Shown here: positions 26,182-33,816 of the stretch, in pieces
Layout of the letters: each line of letters starts with the position of its first letter
Numbering within the stretch: the first letter of the stretch is position 1
Source: Actinomycetes bacterium
GTDB lineage: Bacteria > Actinomycetota > Acidimicrobiia > Acidimicrobiales > Bog-793
DNA length: 64,000 bases
NCBI GenBank assembly: GCA_021798985.1
Contig: JAJZBI010000020.1
Coordinates: 4,785-68,784, forward strand
Direction of reading: 5' to 3'
Made by a program: the position numbers and the translations under genes
Notes under the pieces: model-generated
The model's input: only the letters and a program-made list of their open reading frames with translations
The model's database searches: none
Told to the model about the DNA's origin: nothing

Positions 26182-27899
26182 GGCGCCACCTCCCCGGCCA
26201 TCGCCGTGATCATCGCCCGCAGCTGAACGTCCCGGTATCCCTGGAGATCGATCGCGTCTTCCGGGCAGACCGGCACGCAGGCGCCGCATCCCTTGCACGC
26301 CGAGGCGTCTACCCGGGCGCGCGGCGACGCGCCATCGAGAAGCGCGATCGCTGCAAAGGGGCAGGCGGAGACGCACTCCCCACAGCCGCTGCACGCCTCG
26401 GCGCGCACGATTGCGACCTCCGGGTCGAGCTCGGCGACGCCGCGTTTCAGCACGGCGGCGGCATGCGCCGCGGCCGCGAGCCCCGAGGTGACCGCCTCGG
26501 CGGCGGTCTTTGGTCCCTGGCACGCGCCGCAGATGCTCACGCCGTCGACGATCGTCTCGACGGGCCGGAGCTTGGGGTGGATCTCGTTGAAGAAGCCGTC
26601 CCGGCCGACCGGCAGCTTCAGGGTGTTCACGAGCTCATCGTTCGACCGCGGGCGCATGCCCGTCACGAGCACGAGCAGGTCCACCGAAAGGGCGAGCTCC
26701 TCGCCGGCCGCCAACTGGTCGCGCACGATGACGCGCACCTGTTCGCCCTCGGCGCTGATCCGGGGCGCGTCGTCGTCGCCAAAGCGCAGGTAGAGCGAGC
26801 CGAGACGCCGAGACTCGCGAAAGGCGAGCTCGTTGCGCCCATAGGTGCGGAGGTCGCGATGCAGGTGGAACTGGCGCAGCGACGGCTGGCGCCGCGCCGC
26901 GAGGATCGAGGCGTGCACCGCCGCGCTGCAGCAATAGCGAGAGCACGCCGGATTCTCCTCGTTGCGGCTGCCGACGCAGTACAGGTAGGCGACCGAGGAG
27001 ACCTCGCGCCCGCCGGCGCGCAGCGGGCCGCTGCTCTTGGCGAGAAGGCGGTCGAACTCCTCGAGGGTCACGACCCCGGGCATCCCGTAGCCGTACTCGC
27101 CGAGCTCGGGGGTATAGCTCACAAAGCCCGTGGCGACGATGATCTGGCCGACGGCGACGCGAGACACCTTGCCAGCTGTCTCGACCGCGACCTCGTAGTT
27201 GCCGTAGGTGCCCCGCTTTTCGCGCAGGACCGAGCGCGTGCGCACCGTGATGGCCTCGCGCTGTTCGATCTCGGCGATGAGGCGAGCGGCGAGTTCGTCG
27301 CCGCGCACCTGGTTCGGGAACATCTCCCCGAGGCCCGCCACGGCGCCGCCGAGGTGATCCTCCCGCTCGACCAGGACGACCTCGATGCCCACGTCGGCCA
27401 GCGCGACGGCGCTGCGCATGCCGGCGACGCCGCCGCCCACCACGAGGGCGCGACGCGTCGTCGTCACGTTGAGCGGCTCGAGCGGCGCCGAGAGGCGGGT
27501 CTTCGCGATGCCGGCCCGGACGAGGCGGATCGCCTTCTCCGTTGCCCCCGCGCGGTCGTCGGTGTGAGTCCACGAGCACTGCTCGCGGATGTTCACCTGG
27601 CTGTAGAGGTACGGGTTCAGTCCGCCGCGGCGAGCGACCTCCCGGAAGGTCGTCTGGTGCAGCTTGGGCGAGCAAGAGGCGACGACGAGGCCATCGAGCT
27701 CTTCGGCGGCGATGTCCTCGACGATTTCGCGCTGGGTGGCTTCCGAGCACGTGAACATCGCCTCGCGGGCAACGACCACGTCGTCCTCTTCTCGCACCGC
27801 CTCGACGACGCGGCCGACATCGACGTAGTCAGAGATGTTCCCGCCGCAGTGGCAGACGTAGACGCCGATGCGGCGCCGGCGGGGCTGAGGGGCGGTCAT
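26178..27899 (-). CDS. HdrA-like FAD/Fe-S flavoprotein (HdrA/QmoB type) with C-terminal 2x[4Fe-4S] domain
   Basis: IGVYVCHCGGNISDYVDV, dinucleotide fold VVGGGVAGMRSAVALAD, YLYCVGSRNEENPACSRYCCSAA, C-terminal CSGCGECVSACP and CKGCGACVPVCP. ATGA overlap with the upstream gene. Confidence 0.85.
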   Translation of the reverse strand: MTAPQPRRRRIGVYVCHCGGNISDYVDVGRVVEAVREEDDVVVAREAMFTCSEATQREIVEDIAAEELDGLVVASCSPKLHQTTFREVARRGGLNPYLYSQVNIREQCSWTHTDDRAGATEKAIRLVRAGIAKTRLSAPLEPLNVTTTRRALVVGGGVAGMRSAVALADVGIEVVLVEREDHLGGAVAGLGEMFPNQVRGDELAARLIAEIEQREAITVRTRSVLREKRGTYGNYEVAVETAGKVSRVAVGQIIVATGFVSYTPELGEYGYGMPGVVTLEEFDRLLAKSSGPLRAGGREVSSVAYLYCVGSRNEENPACSRYCCSAAVHASILAARRQPSLRQFHLHRDLRTYGRNELAFRESRRLGSLYLRFGDDDAPRISAEGEQVRVIVRDQLAAGEELALSVDLLVLVTGMRPRSNDELVNTLKLPVGRDGFFNEIHPKLRPVETIVDGVSICGACQGPKTAAEAVTSGLAAAAHAAAVLKRGVAELDPEVAIVRAEACSGCGECVSACPFAAIALLDGASPRARVDASACKGCGACVPVCPEDAIDLQGYRDVQLRAMITAMAGEVAP

Positions 27900-30586
27900 G
27901 CCGGCACCCTCGTGGACTGAAGGTAGGCCGCCGCCTGCACGGCGGCCGCCCCGGCATGCAGGATCGACTCGGGGATGTCGCGCGGGCCGGTGACCGCTCC
28001 GGCGGCAAAGACGCCGGGAATGCTCGTCGCCGCGGGGTGATCGTCCTCGCTGACCTCGAGCACGAAGCCCTGTGGGTCGAGCTCGAGGCCGTCCTCGAAG
28101 AGCCGGGCGATGCCGGGGCTCGGCTGCACGCCGACCGCCAGCACCACGAGGTCGTACTCGGCCACTCGCACGCCGCCGTGCGCGATGTCCTCGTAGGAGA
28201 GCATGAGGTCGCCGTTCTCGAGCTCGTTGATCTCGGCGACGCGCCCTTTGATGAAGGTCGTCCCCATCGCCTTGGCCTGCTCGAAGAACTCGTCGTAGCC
28301 CTTTCCTGCCGCCCGGATGTCGATGTAGTGGACGGTGACATCGGCGAGGGGGAGCGCGCCGAGGATCAGCTGGTTCTGCTTGAGCGAGTACATACAGCAG
28401 AACTTCGAGCACATCGGGTTGTTGACCGTCTCGTCTCGAGAGCCCGTGCACATGACGTAGGCGATCTTCTCGGGGACCTTGCCGTCGCCTGGGCGCAGGA
28501 CCCCGTGATAGGGGCGTGTTGGTGCCAGCAAGCGCTCCATCTGGGTCCCGGTGACGACGTTCTTGAATCGCCCGTAGCCGTACTGCGGCTTGAGGTCCGC
28601 GTCGAAGAGGCGGTAGCCGGTGGACACGATCACGGCCCCGGCGCGCACCGTGTGGTCCTCGGGGCGCATCTCGAGATGGATGGCGTCCGCCGGGCAGGCG
28701 GCGACGCACTCGTGGCACTCCGAGCAGACCCCGCAGTCCAAACAGCGTCCGGCCGCAGCGAGCGCCTCGTCCTCGCTGAGCGGTCCCTCGAGCTCCGCGA
28801 ATCCCCGAGGTGCGGGCGAGAGTACCGGCCGGTGGACGAACGCCTCGCGGCGCGTATAGGCGCGCTGGCGGGCGAGCACCGCGTCGTGGGAGACGACCGG
28901 TAGCGGCACCTCGAGGCCGGCGAGATCCTTTCCCGAGAGGTAGCGGTCGATCATGTGGGCGGCGTCGCGTCCGGCGCCGACCGCCTGGGCGATCGTGGAG
29001 GGCCCGCTGACCGCATCGCCGGCGGCGAAGACTCCCTCCTCGGCGGTGCGAAACGTCGCCGGGTCGGCCCGAAGGCGCCGAGACCCCGCCGGGGCGAGGG
29101 AGGGGAAGGCCGCGGTGTCGACCTCCATGCCGATCGCGACGAGCACGACGTCGGCGCCGAGCTCGGCGCGCCGGCGATCGTCGTAGGTGGGAGCGAAGCG
29201 GCCGTCGGCGTCGAAGACGGCCGTGCAGGCCTTCAGCCCGACGGACGCCACGGCGTCGCTCCCGGACAGGTCGGCGATGCCCCAGCCGTCATGGAGCTCG
29301 ATCCCTTCGGCGAGCGCCTCTTCGACCTCGAAGGCGTGCGCCGGCATGTGCTCGCGCTGCTCGAGGCAGACGAGGTGCACCGAGCGGGCGCCGAGGCGTG
29401 CGGCGCTGCGCGCCGCGTCGATCGCCACGTTGCCGCCGCCGATCACGGCGACGGTGCGATCGGTGAGGTCCACTGGCGCACCGAGCTTGAGGTCACGCAG
29501 CAGCCCGAGGGCGCTGCGCACCCCGTCGAGGTCCTCTCCCGCCACGCCGAGCCGTGCGGCAAGGGGCGTGCCGGTCGCCACGAGCACGGCGTCGAAGCCG
29601 CCCGCCCGCAGCTCGGCGAGGTCGCGCACCAAATGCCCGGTCTCGATCTCGACGCCGAGCTCGGCGAGGTTGGCGAGGTCGCGCTCGACCGTCGCCACCG
29701 GCAGGCGGTAGGAGGGGATCGAGAGGCGCATGGCGCCGCCGGCGACGGGCGCGGCCTCGAAGATGCGGACCGCGTGCCCGGCGCGCGCGAGCTGCCAGGC
29801 GGCGGTCACCCCCGCCGGCCCCGATCCCACGATCGCCACCCGCTTGCCGCTCGGTTCGGGACGGGCGGGCGCTTCGTGGTTACCGTCGGACCCATAGTGC
29901 ACATCGGCGACGAACCGCTTGAGGCGCCGAATGGCGAGCGGGCCCTCGAGCGCTCCTCGGGTGCAGGCCGCCTCGCAGGGCGCGTAGCAGGCCCGCCCGA
30001 GGCTCCCGACGAGCGGCGTCGTCTCCGAGACGAGCGCGAACGCCTTGTCGTACTCGCCGCTACGCACGAGCGACACGTAGCCGTGCGCTTTGATCCCCGC
30101 AGGGCACGCAAAGGTGCACGGGGAGGTGCCGGCCCGCTCGATGAGCGCCTTTTGCGGCAGCGCCTGGGGGAAGGGCAGGTAGGCGGCGCGGCGCGACACC
30201 AGCTCGCCGTTGTACTGGTCCGGCACCGCCACGGTGCAGGCGAGCTCGCACTGGCGGCACGCCGTGCACGCCGCCACGTCGACATAGCGCGGCGTCTGGT
30301 GGATCGTGGCGCTGAAGCCGCCGTCGGTCATACGCACGACCCGCTCGAGACGGGCGTCGGTCAGCACGCTCACGTTGGGATGGTGGGCGGTGGCCGCCAT
30401 CTTGGGCGTCGAGATGCAGCTCGCGCAGTCAAGGGTGGGGAAGACCTTGCTCAACAGGATCATCTTCCCGCCGATGCTCGGCTCGGACTCGACGACGAGG
30501 ACCCGGTAGCCCATGTCGCCGAGCTTGAGCGCGGACTCCATGCCGCCGATGCCGCTGCCGAGGACGAGGACGTCGTAGTCCGTCAC
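27896..30586 (-). CDS. HdrA-like flavoprotein with an inserted GltD/NfnB-type NAD(P)H oxidoreductase module
   Basis: N-terminus DYDVLVLGSGIGGMESAL..VFPTLDCASCI (HdrA). Then PCTFACPAGIKAHGYVSL..KRVAIVGSGPAGVTAAWQLARAG..VAVIGGGNVAIDAARSA..VFAAGDAVSG (GltD/NfnB-like). Then CLDCGVCSECHECVAACP and YVMCTGSRDETVNNPMCSKFCCMYS (HdrA C-terminal part). GTG 30586 follows GAGGAG. Confidence 0.85.
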   Translation of the reverse strand: MTDYDVLVLGSGIGGMESALKLGDMGYRVLVVESEPSIGGKMILLSKVFPTLDCASCISTPKMAATAHHPNVSVLTDARLERVVRMTDGGFSATIHQTPRYVDVAACTACRQCELACTVAVPDQYNGELVSRRAAYLPFPQALPQKALIERAGTSPCTFACPAGIKAHGYVSLVRSGEYDKAFALVSETTPLVGSLGRACYAPCEAACTRGALEGPLAIRRLKRFVADVHYGSDGNHEAPARPEPSGKRVAIVGSGPAGVTAAWQLARAGHAVRIFEAAPVAGGAMRLSIPSYRLPVATVERDLANLAELGVEIETGHLVRDLAELRAGGFDAVLVATGTPLAARLGVAGEDLDGVRSALGLLRDLKLGAPVDLTDRTVAVIGGGNVAIDAARSAARLGARSVHLVCLEQREHMPAHAFEVEEALAEGIELHDGWGIADLSGSDAVASVGLKACTAVFDADGRFAPTYDDRRRAELGADVVLVAIGMEVDTAAFPSLAPAGSRRLRADPATFRTAEEGVFAAGDAVSGPSTIAQAVGAGRDAAHMIDRYLSGKDLAGLEVPLPVVSHDAVLARQRAYTRREAFVHRPVLSPAPRGFAELEGPLSEDEALAAAGRCLDCGVCSECHECVAACPADAIHLEMRPEDHTVRAGAVIVSTGYRLFDADLKPQYGYGRFKNVVTGTQMERLLAPTRPYHGVLRPGDGKVPEKIAYVMCTGSRDETVNNPMCSKFCCMYSLKQNQLILGALPLADVTVHYIDIRAAGKGYDEFFEQAKAMGTTFIKGRVAEINELENGDLMLSYEDIAHGGVRVAEYDLVVLAVGVQPSPGIARLFEDGLELDPQGFVLEVSEDDHPAATSIPGVFAAGAVTGPRDIPESILHAGAAAVQAAAYLQSTRVPA

Positions 30587-31023
30587 GATCCGAGCTCCTC
30601 GAGCGAGTCGCAAAAGGCGCGCACCTGGCGCGCAAAGGGCTCGGCGCACACCGAGCAGATCGCCGTCATCTTGAGGCGTCTCCCGTCGATCCCCTCGGTT
30701 GCGAGCAGCTCCTGCGCCGTTGCGACCAGGCGCGCCGAGCGCGCCGAGCAGTCGGCGAGGTAGCCGCACTCGTCGCCGTCGGCGGCGATGAAGACCCCGT
30801 CGAAGCCTTCGCGCAGCGCGTGCAGGATCCAGGCCGGCTTGATGCCGCTCGTGCAGGGAACGCTCAGCACCACGACGCCCGGGTCGTAGTGCAAATGCGA
30901 GCTCCCGGCGAGGTCGATCCCGGGATCGGAGATGAGGTTCGTCGAGAACACCAGCACGCGCGGCGCGCCTGGGCGAGCGAGCAGTTGCGGGGCGCGCAGC
31001 GGCGTCGCGCTGGACGTGCTCAC
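30583..31023 (-). CDS. MvhD/FlpD-like (methyl-viologen-reducing hydrogenase delta subunit family) protein
   Basis: DLAGSSHLHYDPGVVVLSVPCTSGIKPAWILHALREGFDGVFIAADGDECGY..RRLKM follows the FlpD domain pattern. GTGA overlaps at both ends. Confidence 0.75.
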   Translation of the reverse strand: MSTSSATPLRAPQLLARPGAPRVLVFSTNLISDPGIDLAGSSHLHYDPGVVVLSVPCTSGIKPAWILHALREGFDGVFIAADGDECGYLADCSARSARLVATAQELLATEGIDGRRLKMTAICSVCAEPFARQVRAFCDSLEELGS

Positions 31024-31286
31024 TTGGCCCGGCGGATGAAGACGCGGTCGTAGCCCTGCGCCGCGACGACGCCGAGGAAGCCGTGCCCCACCTTGTTGGC
31101 CCACGCCGCGACGTCGGTCTTGGTCTGCGGGTCGCTCGACCACAGCTCGAGCACGGCGCCGATCTCGATGCCACCCATGGCCTTCTTCGCCTCGAGTAGC
31201 GGTCCCGGGCAGGCCGCGCCGCGGGCGTCGACGACCGTCGAGGCCTCGAAGGCCTCGGCATCGCTCTCGTTCAGCATGCTGGTCAT
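31020..31286 (-). CDS. TusA-family sulfur carrier protein
   Basis: VDARGAACPGPLLEAKKA (D-x-RG-x-x-CP-x-P motif), 88 aa. GAGAGGAG RBS before ATG 31286. Confidence 0.85.
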   Translation of the reverse strand: MTSMLNESDAEAFEASTVVDARGAACPGPLLEAKKAMGGIEIGAVLELWSSDPQTKTDVAAWANKVGHGFLGVVAAQGYDRVFIRRAK

Positions 31287-31310
31287 TGCGAACTCCTCTC
31301 TGGCGGGTGC

Positions 31311-31679
31311 TCAGTACACGAGGCTGGCGGTGGCCGAGGTCACCTCGGCGACAAAGCGCGCCCCGGCGACGATCTCGGCGCCGTCGACGAGGTCCTCTTG
31401 GGTGAGGCCTCTGGACTTGAGGCACGGCGAGCAGACGAGCAGCTTGCCGCCGAGCTCCTGGACGGTCTTTAACAAGACATGCATGGGTGTGAACTCGGGA
31501 ACGGCGATCTGCTCGGCGACGCCCTTCTTCATGAGCTCACACCCCGCGGCTTGGAAGCCCATCACGACCTCGACGTCTGAGGCGACGGCGGCGCCGGCCA
31601 TCACGAAGGGAATCGTGGCGAGCTCAGGCTCCTCAGGGCCATGGGTCACCATGATCACGAGCTTCTCGGTCTCTGCCAT
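31311..31679 (-). CDS. DsrE/DsrF-family protein (DsrE3-like)
   Basis: KLVIMVTHGPEEPELATIPFVMAGAA ... LLVCSPCLKSRG, 122 aa, typical DsrE-fold length and Cys placement. Confidence 0.78.
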   Translation of the reverse strand: MAETEKLVIMVTHGPEEPELATIPFVMAGAAVASDVEVVMGFQAAGCELMKKGVAEQIAVPEFTPMHVLLKTVQELGGKLLVCSPCLKSRGLTQEDLVDGAEIVAGARFVAEVTSATASLVY

Positions 31680-31680
31680 C

Positions 31681-31932
31681 TCAGGCCTCCTTGCCTTTGC
31701 GGATCAAAAAGACGAAGGTCTCGCCCTCGCGGTGTTGCGCGACGAGCTCGTTGCCGGTCGTCTGTGTCCACGCCGGCACGTCGGCGAGCGAGCCGCGGTC
31801 GGTGGTGGTGAGCCTGAGGACCTGGCCCGGCGCGAGGCCGCGCACGGCGGCCGCGGTCTTGATGATCGGCATCGGGCACAGCAGCCCGCGCGCGTCGAGC
31901 TCCAGGTCTGCCTGCGGTGGCGCGTCAGTCAT
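31681..31932 (-). CDS. TusA-family sulfur carrier protein
   Basis: LDARGLLCPMPIIKTAAA motif, 83 aa. Its stop lies 1 nt from the dsrE3-like start. Confidence 0.85.
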   Translation of the reverse strand: MTDAPPQADLELDARGLLCPMPIIKTAAAVRGLAPGQVLRLTTTDRGSLADVPAWTQTTGNELVAQHREGETFVFLIRKGKEA

Positions 31933-31951
31933 CTGCTCGCTCTTTCTCTCT

Positions 31952-32581
31952 CTAGACGAACAAGGTCACGTGCGCTGCCCGCGCCTCGGCGAGGAAGGCC
32001 GCCGCACCGGCGAACTCCACCCCGTTGATGAAGTCATCGGTCTGGTAGCCAAAGACGTCCATCGTCATCTGGCAGGCGATGAGGCGGACCTCGAGGTCGC
32101 GCGCGGCCTCGAGGAGCTCGCCGATCTCGGGCACGTGCTTGCTGGCAAACTTCGTGCGCATGAGGCGCGTCGACATCGGGCCCATCCCGGGGAGGCCGAG
32201 GAGGAAGTTCGGCATCGGCACCGGCATTGGCATCGCCGGGTTGCCGAGCGGAGAGACCTTGAGGAGGCGGGCGAAGTCCTTGTGGATGATGTTCAGCCCG
32301 TAGAAGGTGAAGAAGACCGAGGTGGCCATGCCCGAGGCGGCCGCCGTCGTAGCCAAGATGAGCGGGGGGTAGGCCCAGTCGAGGGTGCCCTTGGAGGCGA
32401 TGATCGCCGCCGAGCTCGTGCCCCGATCCGCCAGCGCCAGCTCGCCGAGCTCGGAGCGGACGATCCTTCTGATGTCCGCTTCGCTCAGCGCGCCGTCTCG
32501 CCGTGGCCCACCGTCTCGTTTCAGTGCATCGAGCGCTCGCGCAGGTGCCGCTTGGCGCGCTCTGGCCGCAGCCGTCGTCAT
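31952..32581 (-). CDS. DsrE2-like (DsrE/DsrF/DsrH-like family) protein
   Basis: AAIIASKGTLDWAYPPLILATTAAASGMATSVFFTFYGLNII ... RLIACQMTMDVFG resembles the DsrE2 family. ATG 32581; an alternative GTG 32596 follows GGAGG. Confidence 0.75.
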   Translation of the reverse strand: MTTAAARARQAAPARALDALKRDGGPRRDGALSEADIRRIVRSELGELALADRGTSSAAIIASKGTLDWAYPPLILATTAAASGMATSVFFTFYGLNIIHKDFARLLKVSPLGNPAMPMPVPMPNFLLGLPGMGPMSTRLMRTKFASKHVPEIGELLEAARDLEVRLIACQMTMDVFGYQTDDFINGVEFAGAAAFLAEARAAHVTLFV

Positions 32582-32663
32582 GGGACGCTCGCTCACGTCG
32601 CCTCCGTCCCTCGCAGGTCCGTGAGCAAGCTTCCGTCGCGATCGAGGGGTGCTGTAGATGGCG

Positions 32664-32687
32664 AAGGTCACCGGGGCCGGTGACCTT
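32664..32687. promoter_or_regulatory. 24-bp palindrome AAGGTCACCGG-GG-CCGGTGACCTT upstream of the dsrE2-like gene (candidate operator)
   Basis: Perfect 11-bp inverted arms with a 2-nt spacer, which is too tight for a hairpin. Lies 83 to 106 nt upstream of the first gene of the sulfur-relay/hdr-like operon. Confidence 0.4.
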
Positions 32688-32765
32688 GGTTGGATACCCG
32701 CCCCGGTGTCTCGCGACGCGCCGTCGGCGAGCGCGACGCACCATCGCGTCCAGCTGGCGACGCGC

Positions 32766-32803
32766 CACCGCCCCGCCGCTGCGTCGGCAGGGGCGGGGCG
32801 GTG
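32766..32803 (-). terminator. GC-rich hairpin downstream of the cupredoxin genes
   Basis: 12-bp perfect stem CACCGCCCCGCC / GGCGGGGCGGTG with a 14-nt loop, 15 nt after the stop at 32818. No U-tract. Confidence 0.4.
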
Positions 32804-32817
32804 GCGCGAGGGTTCGA

Positions 32818-33816
32818 CTACTTGATGGTGACGGTGCCCTTCATGTAGCCGCTCGCGTCCATCGGGCCGTGCTCGCTGTTCTTGCCCGTGCCGCAGGGGG
32901 CGTAGCACTGCCAGCTGTAGGTCCCGGCCTTGCCCGTGTGGATCGTCGCTTGCACCACGATGACCTTGCCGGTGGGGGCGGCGGGGATCGGCAGGTTGAT
33001 GCCGAGCTGGGGGATGGTGAAGGTGTGGGAGATCACCTTGTTGCTGACGTCGCTCAGCGTCTTGCCGCCGGCCTTCTCCTTGCCGCCGACGGTGCCCATG
33101 ACTTTGTCGTAGAAGATGACGTTCTTCGGCAGCGGGGCAGCGCCGTCGTCGTGGGAGTCGATCGTGAGGACCACGGTCGAGTTCTTCGGCAGCACGATGT
33201 CCTTGCTGTTGACGTACTCGGGCCAGCCCTTGCGTCCGCTCGACTGGATGACGAGCGTCTTGTGGACGACGGCGCTGGCGTGCTTTGCGGCCGGAACCCT
33301 GGCGGCACCGGCGGGAGCGGCGAGCGCCGCGGTGCCGCCGGCGACGGCGAGGGCGCCGGTCAGTCCGGTGGCGATCGTCTTGGCGGCGGTGCTCTTGGTC
33401 AACATGTTGGAGGATTCCTTTCTGGTGGTGGAGCTCTGGGCGTTGCGAGGAGCGTTGGCGCTCGAGGACAGCGCCGTGGTGGTCGCGGCGATCGGCACGG
33501 CGGCGGCGCTTGCCGCCCCCGCCGGCCCAGCGGTGAGCCAGGCGTTCTCGTCGGAGATGTTGCTGACGACCCCGACGCCGAGCACGGCGACGAGGCTGGT
33601 GACGCCGGCTGCGACGACCCAGGACGTCCAGGCAATCCGCTGCTTGTTCGCCGCAGCGATGCGGCGCTGCTCGCGCCAGGAGAGCACCCGGGCGCCGAGG
33701 TGGTCGAGCGCCATCAAGAACGAGTAGCCGGCGCCCGCGGCGACCTCGATCTGGCGAGTCGTGTCGAAGACGGCGCGCCCGCGGCCGGGGTGGCGCAAGG
33801 CAGGGAAGGTGCTCAT
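32818..33816 (-). CDS. membrane-anchored CuA-like cupredoxin domain protein (paralogue 2)
   Basis: C-terminal domain SHTFTIPQLGINLPIP ... WQCYAPCGTGKNSEHGPMDASGYMKG. TM segment TSWVVAAGVTSLVAVLGVGVV. ATG 33816 overlaps the upstream stop (ATGA). An in-frame internal ATG at 33405 (MLTKSTAAKTIATGLTGALAVAGG) after AAGGA could give a shorter signal-peptide form. Confidence 0.75.
   Translation of the reverse strand: MSTFPALRHPGRGRAVFDTTRQIEVAAGAGYSFLMALDHLGARVLSWREQRRIAAANKQRIAWTSWVVAAGVTSLVAVLGVGVVSNISDENAWLTAGPAGAASAAAVPIAATTTALSSSANAPRNAQSSTTRKESSNMLTKSTAAKTIATGLTGALAVAGGTAALAAPAGAARVPAAKHASAVVHKTLVIQSSGRKGWPEYVNSKDIVLPKNSTVVLTIDSHDDGAAPLPKNVIFYDKVMGTVGGKEKAGGKTLSDVSNKVISHTFTIPQLGINLPIPAAPTGKVIVVQATIHTGKAGTYSWQCYAPCGTGKNSEHGPMDASGYMKGTVTIK

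Noticed and set aside
33399-33635. Alternative-frame ORF ending in TGA that overlaps the internal ATG 33405 (ATGTTGA), which could have meant two separate genes joined by a frameshift in the second cupredoxin locus.
   Set aside because: Its product is Pro/Arg/Ser-rich shadow text. The annotated frame stays protein-like (a TM helix, then an Ala/Thr/Ser linker) across the region without a stop, so a single ORF with a possible internal start is the simpler reading.
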